DNA from: an uncultured Gammaproteobacteria bacterium | GTDB taxonomy: Bacteria > Pseudomonadota > Gammaproteobacteria > Steroidobacterales > Rariloculaceae | Direction of reading: 5' to 3' | DNA length: 64,000 nt | Assembly (NCBI GenBank): GCA_963817615.1 | Contig: CAWFPH010000002.1 | Span: 1,305,959 to 1,369,958, forward strand | Shown: positions 17,585 through 29,228 of the stretch, piece by piece | Numbering within the stretch: the first letter of the stretch is position 1 | Layout: every line of letters starts with the position of its first letter | Program-made: the position numbers and the translations under genes | Notes under the pieces: model-generated | Told to the model about the DNA's origin: nothing | The model's input: the letters and a program-made list of their open reading frames with translations, nothing else | Database searches by the model: none

Positions 17585-18859
17585 TCATTGCGCGCCGATC
17601 GCGCTGAAGCGCAGATCGAAGCGCAGTTGCAGCTGTGTCTCCGTCGCGCGCGTCGGTAGCCCTGAGTACGCCCACGCCGGGTGCCACGAGCGAATCCGCA
17701 GCCATTCGGCGCCGAGGGACCACCGCGCGGAATGTTCGTAGCGGTAGGCGAGCGTCCACGCGCGGCCGGAGTCCGCGTTGTCGTCGCCCGGTACGCGGTC
17801 GCGGTCGGTGATGTCGAACGCGTCGCGGCGCAGCGTCACGCGGTGCGCTCCGAACGGTCTCGTCGCGAGCAGGTAAGCGGCGCGGTAGTCCGCGTCGACC
17901 GCGTGAGCGGGCCCGAGCAAGGGCCCCATCGCCGTGTCGCCGCGCATCGATTGCGCAAGCAAGCCGACCTGCGCCGGCAGCGCGAGCTCGAGCCCGAGCT
18001 GCTGGAAGCGCGTGTGCCAGGCGTACTGCCCGTCCTCGAGCTGCGTTGGATCGCCGCGATTGTCGTAGTGCGCGAGCCTGAGCTCCGCACGGCGCGCATA
18101 GCGCCACTCGGCGCCCGCATAGAATCCCGCGCGGCCGTCGATCTCGCGCCAAGGGGCGACATACGGAGCCTGCTGCGCAAACATCGCGGCCGGTTGCAGC
18201 AGCGGCAGCGGCGCAAGCGGCAGCTCGTCGCCGAGACGGCTCTGCCGATCGTGCAGCGACCAGCCGCGCCATGCGAGCAACGAGCCCGCGGGATCGTTGC
18301 CGACGAATCCGGCCGCGTGCACGCTGAATTGCTGAATCGCCCTGGCGCCGATTCGCTGGGTTCGGGACCACTCGGCGCCGAGCGGCCGGATCTCCTCGCC
18401 GAGCCATGTGTTCACCGCCGAGGCCGACAACGTGAGTGGCGTGCTCCAGGCGGGCCCGAAATTCTCGAGCGACCAAGGCCCTTGAAAGAATCCGACCTTC
18501 AACCGCTGGCGGCCGGGTCGAACCGGTCGCGCGCGCCATTCCACGTACGCCTCGGTCAGGCCGAGGCCGCTCGACGCGTCGTCCACCGCATCCACGGTCG
18601 CGTGCACGCTCCAGGCGTCGCCGAGTCGCCCGGCGTATTCGCCGTACCAGCGCGAGGCGGTGAGCATGCGGTCGTCGGCGGAGCGGCGGAGCCTGCCGAC
18701 GCCGCCGTCGACCCAGCTTGGTAGATCGGTCGCCGCGGACGCGAGACCGAGCTCCAGCCCGATCGTCCAGCGATGAGCGTCGGAGGTGCGATCAGCGGCC
18801 GCGGCGCCGCCGGAGGCGGCGGTCAATACGACTGCGACGATGATCGACCGCCTCGTCAT
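17585..18859 (-). CDS. predicted outer-membrane beta-barrel protein, unknown function
   Basis: Signal peptide, alternating-residue strands, GLTEAYVEWR, SAVNTWLGEEIR, NDPAGSLLAWRGWSLHDRQ, YDNRGDP, terminal QLQLRFDLRF. Confidence 0.72.
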   Translation of the reverse strand: MTRRSIIVAVVLTAASGGAAAADRTSDAHRWTIGLELGLASAATDLPSWVDGGVGRLRRSADDRMLTASRWYGEYAGRLGDAWSVHATVDAVDDASSGLGLTEAYVEWRARPVRPGRQRLKVGFFQGPWSLENFGPAWSTPLTLSASAVNTWLGEEIRPLGAEWSRTQRIGARAIQQFSVHAAGFVGNDPAGSLLAWRGWSLHDRQSRLGDELPLAPLPLLQPAAMFAQQAPYVAPWREIDGRAGFYAGAEWRYARRAELRLAHYDNRGDPTQLEDGQYAWHTRFQQLGLELALPAQVGLLAQSMRGDTAMGPLLGPAHAVDADYRAAYLLATRPFGAHRVTLRRDAFDITDRDRVPGDDNADSGRAWTLAYRYEHSARWSLGAEWLRIRSWHPAWAYSGLPTRATETQLQLRFDLRFSAIGAQ

Positions 18860-18979
18860 GAGCGCGTCTCGTGCGAGCGAAACCACGGGCGAGGCTAATG
18901 CGCGCCTCCTGCGATGTCCGTGACTCGTCGCACAGCTCGAGGCGAGCCGCGAGCGGCAGTCCGCCGGTCGAGCGGCCGG

Positions 18980-20809
<1,830 letters not shown>

Positions 20810-20832
20810 GACGCGGGGGGCGGGGCCGAGAA

Positions 20833-20845
20833 GGCGCGCATTATA
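20833..20845 (-). promoter_or_regulatory. typA promoter: -10 TATAAT with GC-rich discriminator
   Basis: Minus strand TATAAT-GCGCGCC about 30 nt upstream of ATG, typical of stringently controlled sigma70 promoters. -35 weak. Confidence 0.6.
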
Positions 20846-20910
20846 CGGCTGCGCGTGCCAGAAGCGAGTGCGTGTGCCGACAGCGGCCGGCGGCGCGGGC
20901 TCCAGGCCGG

Positions 20911-21753
20911 TTAGTTGATCGCGATGTCGACGACGTCCGCCACCGGCTCGTACCCGATGCGCCGGTAAATCGCGTTGGACGCGTCGTTCGCGAGATCCGC
21001 GTATAGAAAGCAGCTGCGCCGGCCGCTCTCGAGAAGCTGGCGGCTGAGCGCCGCCACGGCCGTCGTCGCGTAGCCGCGGCCTCGGTGGCGGGGCGGCGTA
21101 TAGACCGCCGCGATGCCGGTGGAGCTCGGCGAATCGCGTACCGCGCCGAGCATGCAGCGCGGCTCGCCGTCCACCCAAAAGTAGAGACGCTCGTCGCGGA
21201 TCAGCCGCTCGGCGGCCGCCGTGGTGACGTGGCGCACGCCCGTATCCTTGATGAAGCCCGCGACCCAGGCGCGCGCGACCGGCAGGTCGGCCGGCAGTGC
21301 CCGCCGTAACGCGCCGGCCGCGGGAGCCCCCGGCCACTGCACGGCCGAGAGGGAATAGAGCCGCTGGCGGTGCAGCACGTAGCGATCGCCGCCGAAGCGC
21401 TCGGTCCACGCAGCGGCGACCGACGTCGCAGCGCGCTCGGGGCCGCTGACGCCCGGCAGCGACCGGTAGACCTCGTGCAGGCTTCGGACGAGCGGCTCCG
21501 CGGCGGCCTCCGGCAGCGAAGTGACGCCCAAGTGATGGGGCGGCGTGCGAAACGCGCAACCGACGATTGGTTGCCGTGCGGCGTCGTCCTCGATCGTTGC
21601 CCAGTAGAGCGGTGGCCGGTAGTGCAATGCCCCCGCCAGCACCTCGTTCGCGACACCGAGCAACAAGCCGTGCTCGCGCTCGGTGCGCGTGAGCCAGGGC
21701 CCGGCGCGCTCGAGGAACGCATGCACATCGGCGTGAAGGCGGACGTCGAGCAT
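20911..21753 (-). CDS. GNAT family N-acetyltransferase (C-terminal FR47-like domain)
   Basis: [13 protein letters not shown] acetyl-CoA motif and [20 protein letters not shown]. Confidence 0.9.
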   Translation of the reverse strand: MLDVRLHADVHAFLERAGPWLTRTEREHGLLLGVANEVLAGALHYRPPLYWATIEDDAARQPIVGCAFRTPPHHLGVTSLPEAAAEPLVRSLHEVYRSLPGVSGPERAATSVAAAWTERFGGDRYVLHRQRLYSLSAVQWPGAPAAGALRRALPADLPVARAWVAGFIKDTGVRHVTTAAAERLIRDERLYFWVDGEPRCMLGAVRDSPSSTGIAAVYTPPRHRGRGYATTAVAALSRQLLESGRRSCFLYADLANDASNAIYRRIGYEPVADVVDIAIN

Positions 21754-21837
21754 CCCTCAAGTGTAACCGCCCGACGGCGGAACCGACGTCGCAGGGCGAG
21801 GACCAAAATGCTGCGGAGTCGAGCCAAGGAGGACGGC

Positions 21838-22224
21838 ATGCCACGAAACAGTGACCTCGTAGTGACATTCCTGAACGCGTTCATGTCGGGCGATACCGAG
21901 ACGGCCGAACGGCTCGTCGGCGACGACTTCTCGTTTCGAGCGTCGTTGCGCGAAGGGGTTGGCGACCGAGCAGCCTATTTCGCGGGCGCAAAGGCCAAGG
22001 CGAAGTACATCGAGGATTTTCGCGTGCTCCGGCAGTGGGAGGACGGCGACGACGTGTCCACGCTCTATGAGCTCGATATCCGGACGCCGCAAGGCTCGGC
22101 GACCGTGCCGATGAGCGAGTGGCATACCGTGCGCGACGGCAAGATCGGGTCGACGTTCATGGTGTTCGACGGCGACGCGAAAGCCGTGCACCTGATGCGC
22201 GACGCGCTGCGCGACCGCAGTTGA
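21838..22224 (+). CDS. SnoaL-like / NTF2-fold protein
   Basis: AAGGAGG RBS. FLNAFMSGD...LVGDDFSF...EDGDDV...EWHTVRDGKI...FD. Confidence 0.82.
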   Translation: MPRNSDLVVTFLNAFMSGDTETAERLVGDDFSFRASLREGVGDRAAYFAGAKAKAKYIEDFRVLRQWEDGDDVSTLYELDIRTPQGSATVPMSEWHTVRDGKIGSTFMVFDGDAKAVHLMRDALRDRS

Positions 22225-22272
22225 GCGTCGCGTTCCGGTCGCGCGCTCGCGCACGGGCGTCCGCGCAATCGG

Positions 22273-23340
22273 CTACAGCACTGCGCGATTACGCACGAAC
22301 TGCGAGACGATCCACTTCTCGCCCGCGCGCGGGGAGCGACCCGCGTGCAGCGTGCGCTCGTCCGCGCGGCCACCGCGCGCGTTGACGAAGTAGAGCCCTT
22401 CGCCGCGGCGGCCCTTGTGCTCGATGCCGAGCCGCGGGAACGCCGTCTCGCCGCCGCCATAGTCGTCGTTCAGATAGACCAGGAAGGTCACGATCCTGTC
22501 GCCGCGCTGCGCAAGATCGTCGGCATAGCTCGGGATGTTGGGATCGATGAAATCGAAGTGGTCGGTGATCTCCTCGCCCTCGTCGTAGTGGAGCACCGTG
22601 ATGGCCTCGAATTGCCGCAGCGGCACGCCGAGGCATGCGGACATCTTGAGCTGGGTGAGCACCAGCACGAGATCGGTTTCGAGCAGGTTGAACGGTGCAG
22701 CCGTATTCGTGCGCGTTGGCCGCACCGTGACTTCCTTGCTCAGCGCCTCGTAGACCAGCGCGCGCGACAGCCGCCCGCGCGCGCGGTCGATCAGCCAGCG
22801 GCAGGTCGCTTCGCTCACGAACTCGGGATACGAACGGATCAGCGGGCTGGTGCTCAGGTCGAGCGAGGCGGGCGCGCTGCGCCAGGCGTCGAGGTCGATA
22901 CGTCGGGCGACTTGCCGCCAATCGTCTGCGCCGGTCGCCGCCGCCTCCGCCTCCACCTCCGCGAGCACCTGCAGCTGCGCGCGCGCACCCGGCCAGCCTC
23001 GTTCGGCCGCGGCGATGAGGCTCGCGAGCGCATCGTCGAGCGTGTGCCGCGCGCTCGCGCCGACTGCGTAGAGCACGGCGAGCAGCGCGGCTGCCTCTGC
23101 GCCGCCGCGCGCGCTCGCGTCGCCGATCAGCCCCGCACCATCCTTCGGTAGGCACGGCGCGCGGTCGCCGACGAGCAGCCGCTTGCCGAGCCGCGTTGTC
23201 GCTTCGACGTCCTTCTTCCGAGCGCCCGCGGCGAGATGCTCGATGGCCTCGGTGTGCCGGCCGGCCGCGTCGCTTTGCTCGGCGCGCTCGACGTCTGCGG
23301 ATAGGGGCCGGCCGATCGAGGCGGGATCTTGGCAGGACAT
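22273..23340 (-). CDS. prolyl-4-hydroxylase-like 2OG-Fe(II) oxygenase with N-terminal Sel1/TPR-like helices
   Basis: RTN, VLHY, HFD (HxD), RIVTFLVYLNDDYGGGETAFP, TLHAG, GEKW (P4H-type Lys). Confidence 0.88.
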   Translation of the reverse strand: MSCQDPASIGRPLSADVERAEQSDAAGRHTEAIEHLAAGARKKDVEATTRLGKRLLVGDRAPCLPKDGAGLIGDASARGGAEAAALLAVLYAVGASARHTLDDALASLIAAAERGWPGARAQLQVLAEVEAEAAATGADDWRQVARRIDLDAWRSAPASLDLSTSPLIRSYPEFVSEATCRWLIDRARGRLSRALVYEALSKEVTVRPTRTNTAAPFNLLETDLVLVLTQLKMSACLGVPLRQFEAITVLHYDEGEEITDHFDFIDPNIPSYADDLAQRGDRIVTFLVYLNDDYGGGETAFPRLGIEHKGRRGEGLYFVNARGGRADERTLHAGRSPRAGEKWIVSQFVRNRAVL

Positions 23341-23455
23341 TTCGCTGCGTCCTTCGGCGGTGCGCGCTGCAAATCGGGATTATGGGCCAAACGCGTGCGA
23401 TCGACCTACCACCCGCCGCGCCCTCGGTGGAACATGCGCGCAACGCGGACGCCCG

Positions 23456-23489
23456 AAAAGGCAACGGCGAGCACGAGGCTCGCCGTTGC
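23456..23489 (-). terminator. Rho-independent terminator after the TonB-dependent receptor
   Basis: Minus strand GCAACGGCGAGC-ctcgt-GCTCGCCGTTGC followed by CTTTT, 25 nt after the stop. Confidence 0.7.
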
Positions 23490-23514
23490 GTTGGACTCGA
23501 GCTCAGTAAGCGTT

Positions 23515-26500
23515 CTAGAAGCTCACCTTCACACCCACGTAGAAGCTTCGACCCAGGATGTCGTAGAAGCCGGCTTCCGTCTCGCCGCCGCACGGAGCTG
23601 GATGCGGGTCCGCCGCGCTGCGACCGCCCGTACAGACCGCCAGACTGTCGAACAGATTGTCGACTCCATAGCGGAGGCTCGTCCTCTCGCTGAGGTTGTA
23701 ACCGCCGGACAGGTCGAACACGTCGTACGACTCCTGTGCCCCCAACGTCGTCGCGGGTGGCGTGTTTGCCGGAACCGTGCCAGCTTTGATGTTGGCGTTG
23801 ATGGCCGCCTGAGCGGCATCGATGGCGGTCGGCAAATGACGCCAGCGCAGCGCCAAATTCCAGTCGCCGCGCCCATAGTTGATCGTCGTGAATGTTCGGT
23901 AGTCGTAAGCGCCGTTGTTCAGAGAGGTGTTTGCCGTCGGGCCAAGGCTGCCCTTCCATTCGACCACCGGTGCGCTCACGGTGTCCTGCGTCTTCTCGGT
24001 CAGCAGCGACGAGATCAGAAAGTTCACGCCGAACGTGCCGCCCGCGAGCTTCGTCCGCCAGTCCGCGGTGACGTCGACGCCCGACACCTGCGCGAATGCA
24101 GAGTTGACGTACGAGACTGTCGTCGTGGTAGCGGTGCCCGTCACCGGGTTGCGATGGATCTTGAGACATGCCGGATTCTGAGGATCGAAGGTCGGATTGG
24201 AGGTGGCGCTGAGGCACTTCTCGTATACGTTGAGCGCCCCCTCGACCGAGATCATGTCCGAGATCTTGATGTCGTAATAGTCGACCGTGAGATTGAGTCC
24301 ATTCAATCTCTCGTGACTCGTGTTCGGGCTCCAAACGATGCCCGCGGTCAGCGTCTTCGCTTCCTCGGGGTTGACTTGCGGATTGCCGGTCGCATCCACG
24401 AACGGCAACCATACGACCGGGTTGATCTGGGCCTGCTGCGTCGGCGAATAATACTGGGCCGCCACCGAACCAATGATCTGAGAGCACAGCTGCTGTACGG
24501 CCGCGGCGTTTGGATTCACCGCCGGATTGGCGCCGAATGGGATTCCGATATTGTTGGTCGAGCAGGGCTCGCCGCCGATCGTGACCGACCACGATTGCGT
24601 GTTCGACTGGAACAGCTCTGCGATGTTGGGCGCTCGGGTCGCCAGCTGCCGACCGCCGCGGAAACGCAGCGTGTCCGTGATACCCCAGTCGATCAACGCC
24701 TTGTAGGTGCCAACGCCGCCCTGCAAATCGTAGTCGGAGTAGCGATAGCCGAGCTCGAGATTCAGGTGCTTTGCGCCGGGCTTGCCTTCCAGCAACGGCA
24801 ACAGCATCTCGCCATATACCTCTTTGACGGCGGTCTCGCCCTTCGTGTTGTCGGCGGGGAACCCCTCCGGATTGTCGTTGAACGAGTTTTCCGTCTGCAG
24901 AGGGTCGAAAATGTAGTAGTACGAATTCGTGCGCGAATGCACGCCCGCCGAGAAGCGAGCTTCCCCTGCGGGCATGTTGAAGGCGCGACCCTGCAAGTTG
25001 GCCTCGACGAACTTCTGGTCCATCTCGGACTGGTGGTTCAGGGTGACGTACATCGCATTGAGACAGTCCTGGCTGATATCGCCGTGATTGGCGCCGAAGA
25101 CGGGCACACCACTGGTGCACGTTGCGATACCACCCGAGAAGCCGCCGCCCGGAGGCTGGGAGTTGCCTTGCGCAAAGAATCCCTGGCCCCAGTTCGGCGA
25201 ACCCAGCACGGTTCGAACGCGGGTCAATGAGGCGTAGCCTTCGAGGTGGATGTCGAGCTTGGCCTGGCCTTTCGACGCAACGACATCCCAGGTGCCGTCG
25301 ATGCCCTCCAGCTTGCCCTTCAGCCCGAAGGACAGTTGATTGGTTCGCGTTTCGCTGAAAACCGAGCGATACAGATTGCCGGGGGCGCCAAAGTCGCCGA
25401 AATCCATGCCGTAATTGAAGCTCCAATTCGCTTCGGGATCGGGTCGCGAGTCGAGCAGGGCCGCGAGCTCGGGCGAAACGGGAAACGCTTCGGACTTCGA
25501 GCAACCGCCCATCGGGGCGCAGTTCAAACCGTACTGGCCTCCGGGCAGGTACGCGGCGTTCGTGGTCCCGTCGGAGTTCAACGACGGCGCGTAGACGCCA
25601 TTGCCGTGCAGGGCAATGAGGCCCCAGCCGCCGATCGCCGGAGAATCCGTGAAATATCGTCTCGTCTTGGATGAGACGGACAGCACCTGAGCATACGCAC
25701 TGATGTTGTCCGACATGTCGTACGAAGCTCGTCCGAATACCGAGCTGCGGTCGAGCGGGATGTTGGCCTCGAACGGCAAGATGTGCTGGACGATCTCGCC
25801 TTCGTTGTTGATGTAGCGGAAGGGGTAGTCACCCGGAACGTTCGCGTTGGTCCTCGACGTATACGTCGGGCCGTTGTAGCGGTACGCGCCTGCCGCGCCT
25901 CCGGGGGACGTGTTGTTGCTGAACGATGCGCCGCCCGTGTACAGCGTGCCGTCCTCGTTCCAGTAGAAGTTGCTGCCCCCTGCCACGGCGCTGGCTCCGC
26001 CTCCTCCGACGACGCCCGCCGGAGCCTGGTTGAAGATGGCATCGACGGCGGCCCGACTCGGCGCGTTGGCTCCGTCAGTCGTGTAGTAGGGGCCGGTGTA
26101 GATGAGCTGCGTCGGGTAGGTGGTCCCGTCGCGCAAAGCGTTATGCCAGAACTCGGTGTCGTCCGCATGGACCGGATCGCGCCTCGCGAGCTCCAGGCCC
26201 ACCATGATGTTGCCTTTCTTGTCTCCGCTCGAGACGCCGAATAGAGCCGACGCGCGTGACTCCGCGCCGGCGCCGTTTTGCATCGAACCCGTCTGAACGT
26301 CGAGGTCGAGGCCCTCGAAGTCCTTCTTCAAAATGAAGTTGACGACGCCCGCCACCGCGTCGGCCCCGTACACCGACGATGCGCCGCCCGTGATCACTTC
26401 GACGCGTTCGATCGCCGCGGCAGGAATCGAGTTCAGGTCGACCGCCATCGTCGCGTTGACCGGCGTCGCGCGGTAACCGTCGAGCAGCACGAGGTTGCGG

Positions 26501-26922
26501 TTCGCGCCGAGGCCGCGCAGGCTGATCGTCGACGCACCTGCGGTGAGCGTCGTGAAGTTGTCCGTCATCTGGCTCTGATCCTGCAGCTGCGTCATGCCCT
26601 GAGCGGCGGGCACGAACTGCGGCAGATCGTTCAGCACCGTCTCGAGCGCGATCGAGTTCTGCTGCTCGAACGCGCCGCGATCGACGGTCTGCAGCGGGCT
26701 GTTCGCGTCGTAGTCGCGCCGTACGATGCGCGAGCCCGTGACGACGACTTCCTCCGGCTGCTGCTGTTGTTGCTGCGCCGATACCTGTTGCGCTGACGCC
26801 GTTCGCACACCGATCACCGGCAGCGCGAGCGCTGCTGCGACTGCAATGGCGACCTTCTTGCGCTCGAGAGAAACGACGGGACGTGGAGCGCGCACCGAGG
26901 CGCCCCGCTTGTTGGATGGCAT
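23515..26922 (-). CDS. TonB-dependent outer-membrane receptor
   Basis: Signal peptide, TonB box EEVVVTGSRI, plug LRGLGANRNLVLLDG / VDLNSIP / ERVEVITGGASSVYGADAVAGVVNFI, RAPNIAELF, terminal GVKVSF. Confidence 0.96.
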   Translation of the reverse strand: MPSNKRGASVRAPRPVVSLERKKVAIAVAAALALPVIGVRTASAQQVSAQQQQQQPEEVVVTGSRIVRRDYDANSPLQTVDRGAFEQQNSIALETVLNDLPQFVPAAQGMTQLQDQSQMTDNFTTLTAGASTISLRGLGANRNLVLLDGYRATPVNATMAVDLNSIPAAAIERVEVITGGASSVYGADAVAGVVNFILKKDFEGLDLDVQTGSMQNGAGAESRASALFGVSSGDKKGNIMVGLELARRDPVHADDTEFWHNALRDGTTYPTQLIYTGPYYTTDGANAPSRAAVDAIFNQAPAGVVGGGGASAVAGGSNFYWNEDGTLYTGGASFSNNTSPGGAAGAYRYNGPTYTSRTNANVPGDYPFRYINNEGEIVQHILPFEANIPLDRSSVFGRASYDMSDNISAYAQVLSVSSKTRRYFTDSPAIGGWGLIALHGNGVYAPSLNSDGTTNAAYLPGGQYGLNCAPMGGCSKSEAFPVSPELAALLDSRPDPEANWSFNYGMDFGDFGAPGNLYRSVFSETRTNQLSFGLKGKLEGIDGTWDVVASKGQAKLDIHLEGYASLTRVRTVLGSPNWGQGFFAQGNSQPPGGGFSGGIATCTSGVPVFGANHGDISQDCLNAMYVTLNHQSEMDQKFVEANLQGRAFNMPAGEARFSAGVHSRTNSYYYIFDPLQTENSFNDNPEGFPADNTKGETAVKEVYGEMLLPLLEGKPGAKHLNLELGYRYSDYDLQGGVGTYKALIDWGITDTLRFRGGRQLATRAPNIAELFQSNTQSWSVTIGGEPCSTNNIGIPFGANPAVNPNAAAVQQLCSQIIGSVAAQYYSPTQQAQINPVVWLPFVDATGNPQVNPEEAKTLTAGIVWSPNTSHERLNGLNLTVDYYDIKISDMISVEGALNVYEKCLSATSNPTFDPQNPACLKIHRNPVTGTATTTTVSYVNSAFAQVSGVDVTADWRTKLAGGTFGVNFLISSLLTEKTQDTVSAPVVEWKGSLGPTANTSLNNGAYDYRTFTTINYGRGDWNLALRWRHLPTAIDAAQAAINANIKAGTVPANTPPATTLGAQESYDVFDLSGGYNLSERTSLRYGVDNLFDSLAVCTGGRSAADPHPAPCGGETEAGFYDILGRSFYVGVKVSF

Positions 26923-27073
26923 CTGTTTGATCCCCCTGAGGTTGTTATGGATCCAAGCTCGCTTCGTAATATCCCCGCGTTGCTACGAGGCTGCCTGGAG
27001 TGTCGGGGGCGATCTTAACAATGTAGGGCGTTGAGCGAACGGAGTCCCTGAGCGTTCCCTTATTGCGGGTGAT

Positions 27074-27104
27074 AGTGTAATCTGTACTAGGTATAACGTT
27101 GCAA
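27074..27104 (-). promoter_or_regulatory. possible sigma70 promoter in the AT-rich region upstream of the TonB receptor
   Basis: TTGCAA-N19-TACACT on the minus strand within a conspicuously AT-rich patch. Spacer is long. Confidence 0.3.
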
Positions 27105-27198
27105 TTACGCTACATCCGCAACCGAGGCGGTCCAGCGGCGCGCGCCGCTGCCGGTCGCTGGGCGCGGGCGCCGCGTGCAGCCGCTGCGCGCTGCGGGC

Positions 27199-28452
27199 TC
27201 AGAACAGCGACGAGTGCGGCAGGCCGAGTCGGGCCTTTGCGACCTCGACGTAGGCCCAGTCGTTATTCGCGGTGTTGAAGTGGCTCCAGCCGATCGCCAT
27301 GTCGCGCAGCACGCGCTCGAGCTTGGCGCCCCGCTTGCCCGCGCTCGAGCCTGCGTAGCGGAAGATCCAGGTTTGAAACGTCTGCCACGCGTCGGAGTAT
27401 GCGTCGCGCGCAATCGCGCCGACGAGCTGATCGTCGCCGAACGTATAGGGTCTGCCGTCCTCGACGGTCGCGCGCCCGTACTCCATCTGCAGCGCGGCCG
27501 CTTCGACGGTTGCGATCTCGGCGATCTTGAGCTTCGTGATCGCGATCCCGAACCAGCGTTGATGGTCCGGATCTTCCGACCATGGGACGAAAGGTGCGCG
27601 GATCGTCTTGCGGGCTTTCAAGATCTTTTCGAACTCGTCGAGCGCGCCGAGCGCGGCGCCCACCATCACGGCGCCGACCGTCATCGTGAAGAAGCCGAGG
27701 CCGCGCGTCGCATACATCGGGTTGCCGTGCAGACGCGATCCGATCGTGCCGCCCGACACCTCGACGTCGGCCATGTGCGTGTTCTCGAGCACCCAATGCG
27801 CGGGCACGACGGCCTTGTCGAACACGATGCTGTTCGAGCCGCTGCCGATCATGCCGGTGAGCGCGCCCCAGTCGTCGAGGATTTTGAAAGCGCTGCGCGG
27901 CGCAACGAACAAGAGCGGCGGGCCGGGCGGACCGCCCTTTTGCGCGGGCTCGGGCAACGCCTGGCCGATGTAGTGAGTCGAGTAAGGAATCCCCGAGCAG
28001 TACGAAACTTTGCCGTTGAGCTCCCAGCCGTCGTCGACGCGGCGCGCGAAGCCCGTCAGCGGCGCGGCCACCGAGGCCGCCTTGAAGTCCGCGTTGCGGC
28101 CGAAAACCTCGTCCTGTGCGCGCTCGGGCCACCAGGAGCCGAGCTGCAGCGCATGGTTCGCCGCGAGACAACCGCACCACGCTGCCGATGGATCGGCGCG
28201 CGCGATCTCCATCCAGACCTTCACGTAGGTCGGTAGATCGGTCTCGAGGCCGCCGTAGCGCTTCGGCATCAGCATCCGATAGAAACCCGCCTCGTCGAAG
28301 CGGCGGTGCAAATCCTCGGGAATGCGCGTCAGCCGCTCCGTTTCCTCGGCCCGCTCCTCGACCAGCGGGCGCAGCGCACGGGCCCGCTCGAGCAGCTGCT
28401 CGGGCGTGATCGGCTCGCCGACGCGCCGCGATTTGTCGCTTGCAGTTGCCAC
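27199..28452 (-). CDS. acyl-CoA dehydrogenase-fold flavin-dependent monooxygenase (HsaA/HpaH-C2/DszC-like oxygenase component)
   Basis: AAGGAG then GTG. RAEETERLTRIP, GFYRMLMPKRYGG, DPSAAW, YCSG, DDW...GMIGSGSNS, LERVLRD...H. Confidence 0.86.
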   Translation of the reverse strand: MATASDKSRRVGEPITPEQLLERARALRPLVEERAEETERLTRIPEDLHRRFDEAGFYRMLMPKRYGGLETDLPTYVKVWMEIARADPSAAWCGCLAANHALQLGSWWPERAQDEVFGRNADFKAASVAAPLTGFARRVDDGWELNGKVSYCSGIPYSTHYIGQALPEPAQKGGPPGPPLLFVAPRSAFKILDDWGALTGMIGSGSNSIVFDKAVVPAHWVLENTHMADVEVSGGTIGSRLHGNPMYATRGLGFFTMTVGAVMVGAALGALDEFEKILKARKTIRAPFVPWSEDPDHQRWFGIAITKLKIAEIATVEAAALQMEYGRATVEDGRPYTFGDDQLVGAIARDAYSDAWQTFQTWIFRYAGSSAGKRGAKLERVLRDMAIGWSHFNTANNDWAYVEVAKARLGLPHSSLF

Positions 28453-28515
28453 GGCATGTCTCCTTCTCGCGTCGCTCTCGCTCGAGGATACCACCGGGCG
28501 GCGAGGCTTCGTCTG

Positions 28516-29181
28516 CTAGCTTCGCTTCCGCAGCAGCGTGAGCCCCTCGCCGATCGTGACGAGCGCGAAATCGACGCGCGCATCGCGCCGAACGGTTTCG
28601 TTGAACGCGCGCAGCGCGGTCGCGCTCGACGTCGTTTGATGCAGGATCGGCGCGCCCGCCACCGCGAGCGTGTTGTCCACCGCAATCAGCCCGCCGGGTC
28701 GAACCAGCACGAGCAGCTTCTCGAAGTACGCCGGATAATTTTGCTTGTCGGCGTCGAGGAACGCGAAGTCGAACGTGCCGGCGGCGCCGCCGTCGAGCAG
28801 CGCGTCGAGCGTCTCGAGCGCGGGGCGAATCCTGAGATCGATGCGCGATTCGACACCCGCTTCGCGCCAGAAAGGCACGCCGACCGCCGTCCAGTCGCTG
28901 TTCACGTCGCAGGTCAAGAGCAGGCCGTCGTCAGGCAAAGCGAGCGCAACCGCAAGTGCGGAGTAGCCGGTATACGTGCCGATCTCGAGACAGCGCCGCG
29001 CGCCGATCAGCTTCACGAGCAGCGCCAAGAGGCGGCCCTGATCGGGGCCGACCTGCATCTCGCTGTGCGGGATCGCGGCGGTTGCGTGCCGCAATCGAGC
29101 GAGCACGTCGTGCTCGGGCGGCGATACCGCGAGCGCGTAGTCGTAGACGTCTTGCTCGACGAGCAGTGTTCGGTTCGTCAT
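28516..29181 (-). CDS. caffeoyl-CoA/catechol-type SAM-dependent O-methyltransferase
   Basis: MQVGPDQG, LEIGTYTGYSAL, FDFAFLDADK, GGLIAVDN. Confidence 0.92.
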   Translation of the reverse strand: MTNRTLLVEQDVYDYALAVSPPEHDVLARLRHATAAIPHSEMQVGPDQGRLLALLVKLIGARRCLEIGTYTGYSALAVALALPDDGLLLTCDVNSDWTAVGVPFWREAGVESRIDLRIRPALETLDALLDGGAAGTFDFAFLDADKQNYPAYFEKLLVLVRPGGLIAVDNTLAVAGAPILHQTTSSATALRAFNETVRRDARVDFALVTIGEGLTLLRKRS

Positions 29182-29228
29182 CTGCGCGACTCTAGCAAAA
29201 GCGCGCGAGCGGGTCGGAGGTCGCTTGC

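Noticed and set aside
21762-21790. Possible ECF promoter TGTAAC-N19-CGTC before the SnoaL gene
   Set aside because: Spacer is long and the upstream element is the reverse complement of the GNAT gene's -10 box, so it is explained otherwise.
20810-21868. Apparent 350-aa N-terminal extension of TypA
   Set aside because: Overlaps the GNAT gene in another frame. TypA homology and a promoter begin at 20809-20845.
22289-25504. 1071-aa ORF overlapping the TonB receptor and oxygenase in another frame
   Set aside because: Arg/Ala/Gly-rich with no motifs. Typical shadow ORF of high-GC coding DNA.
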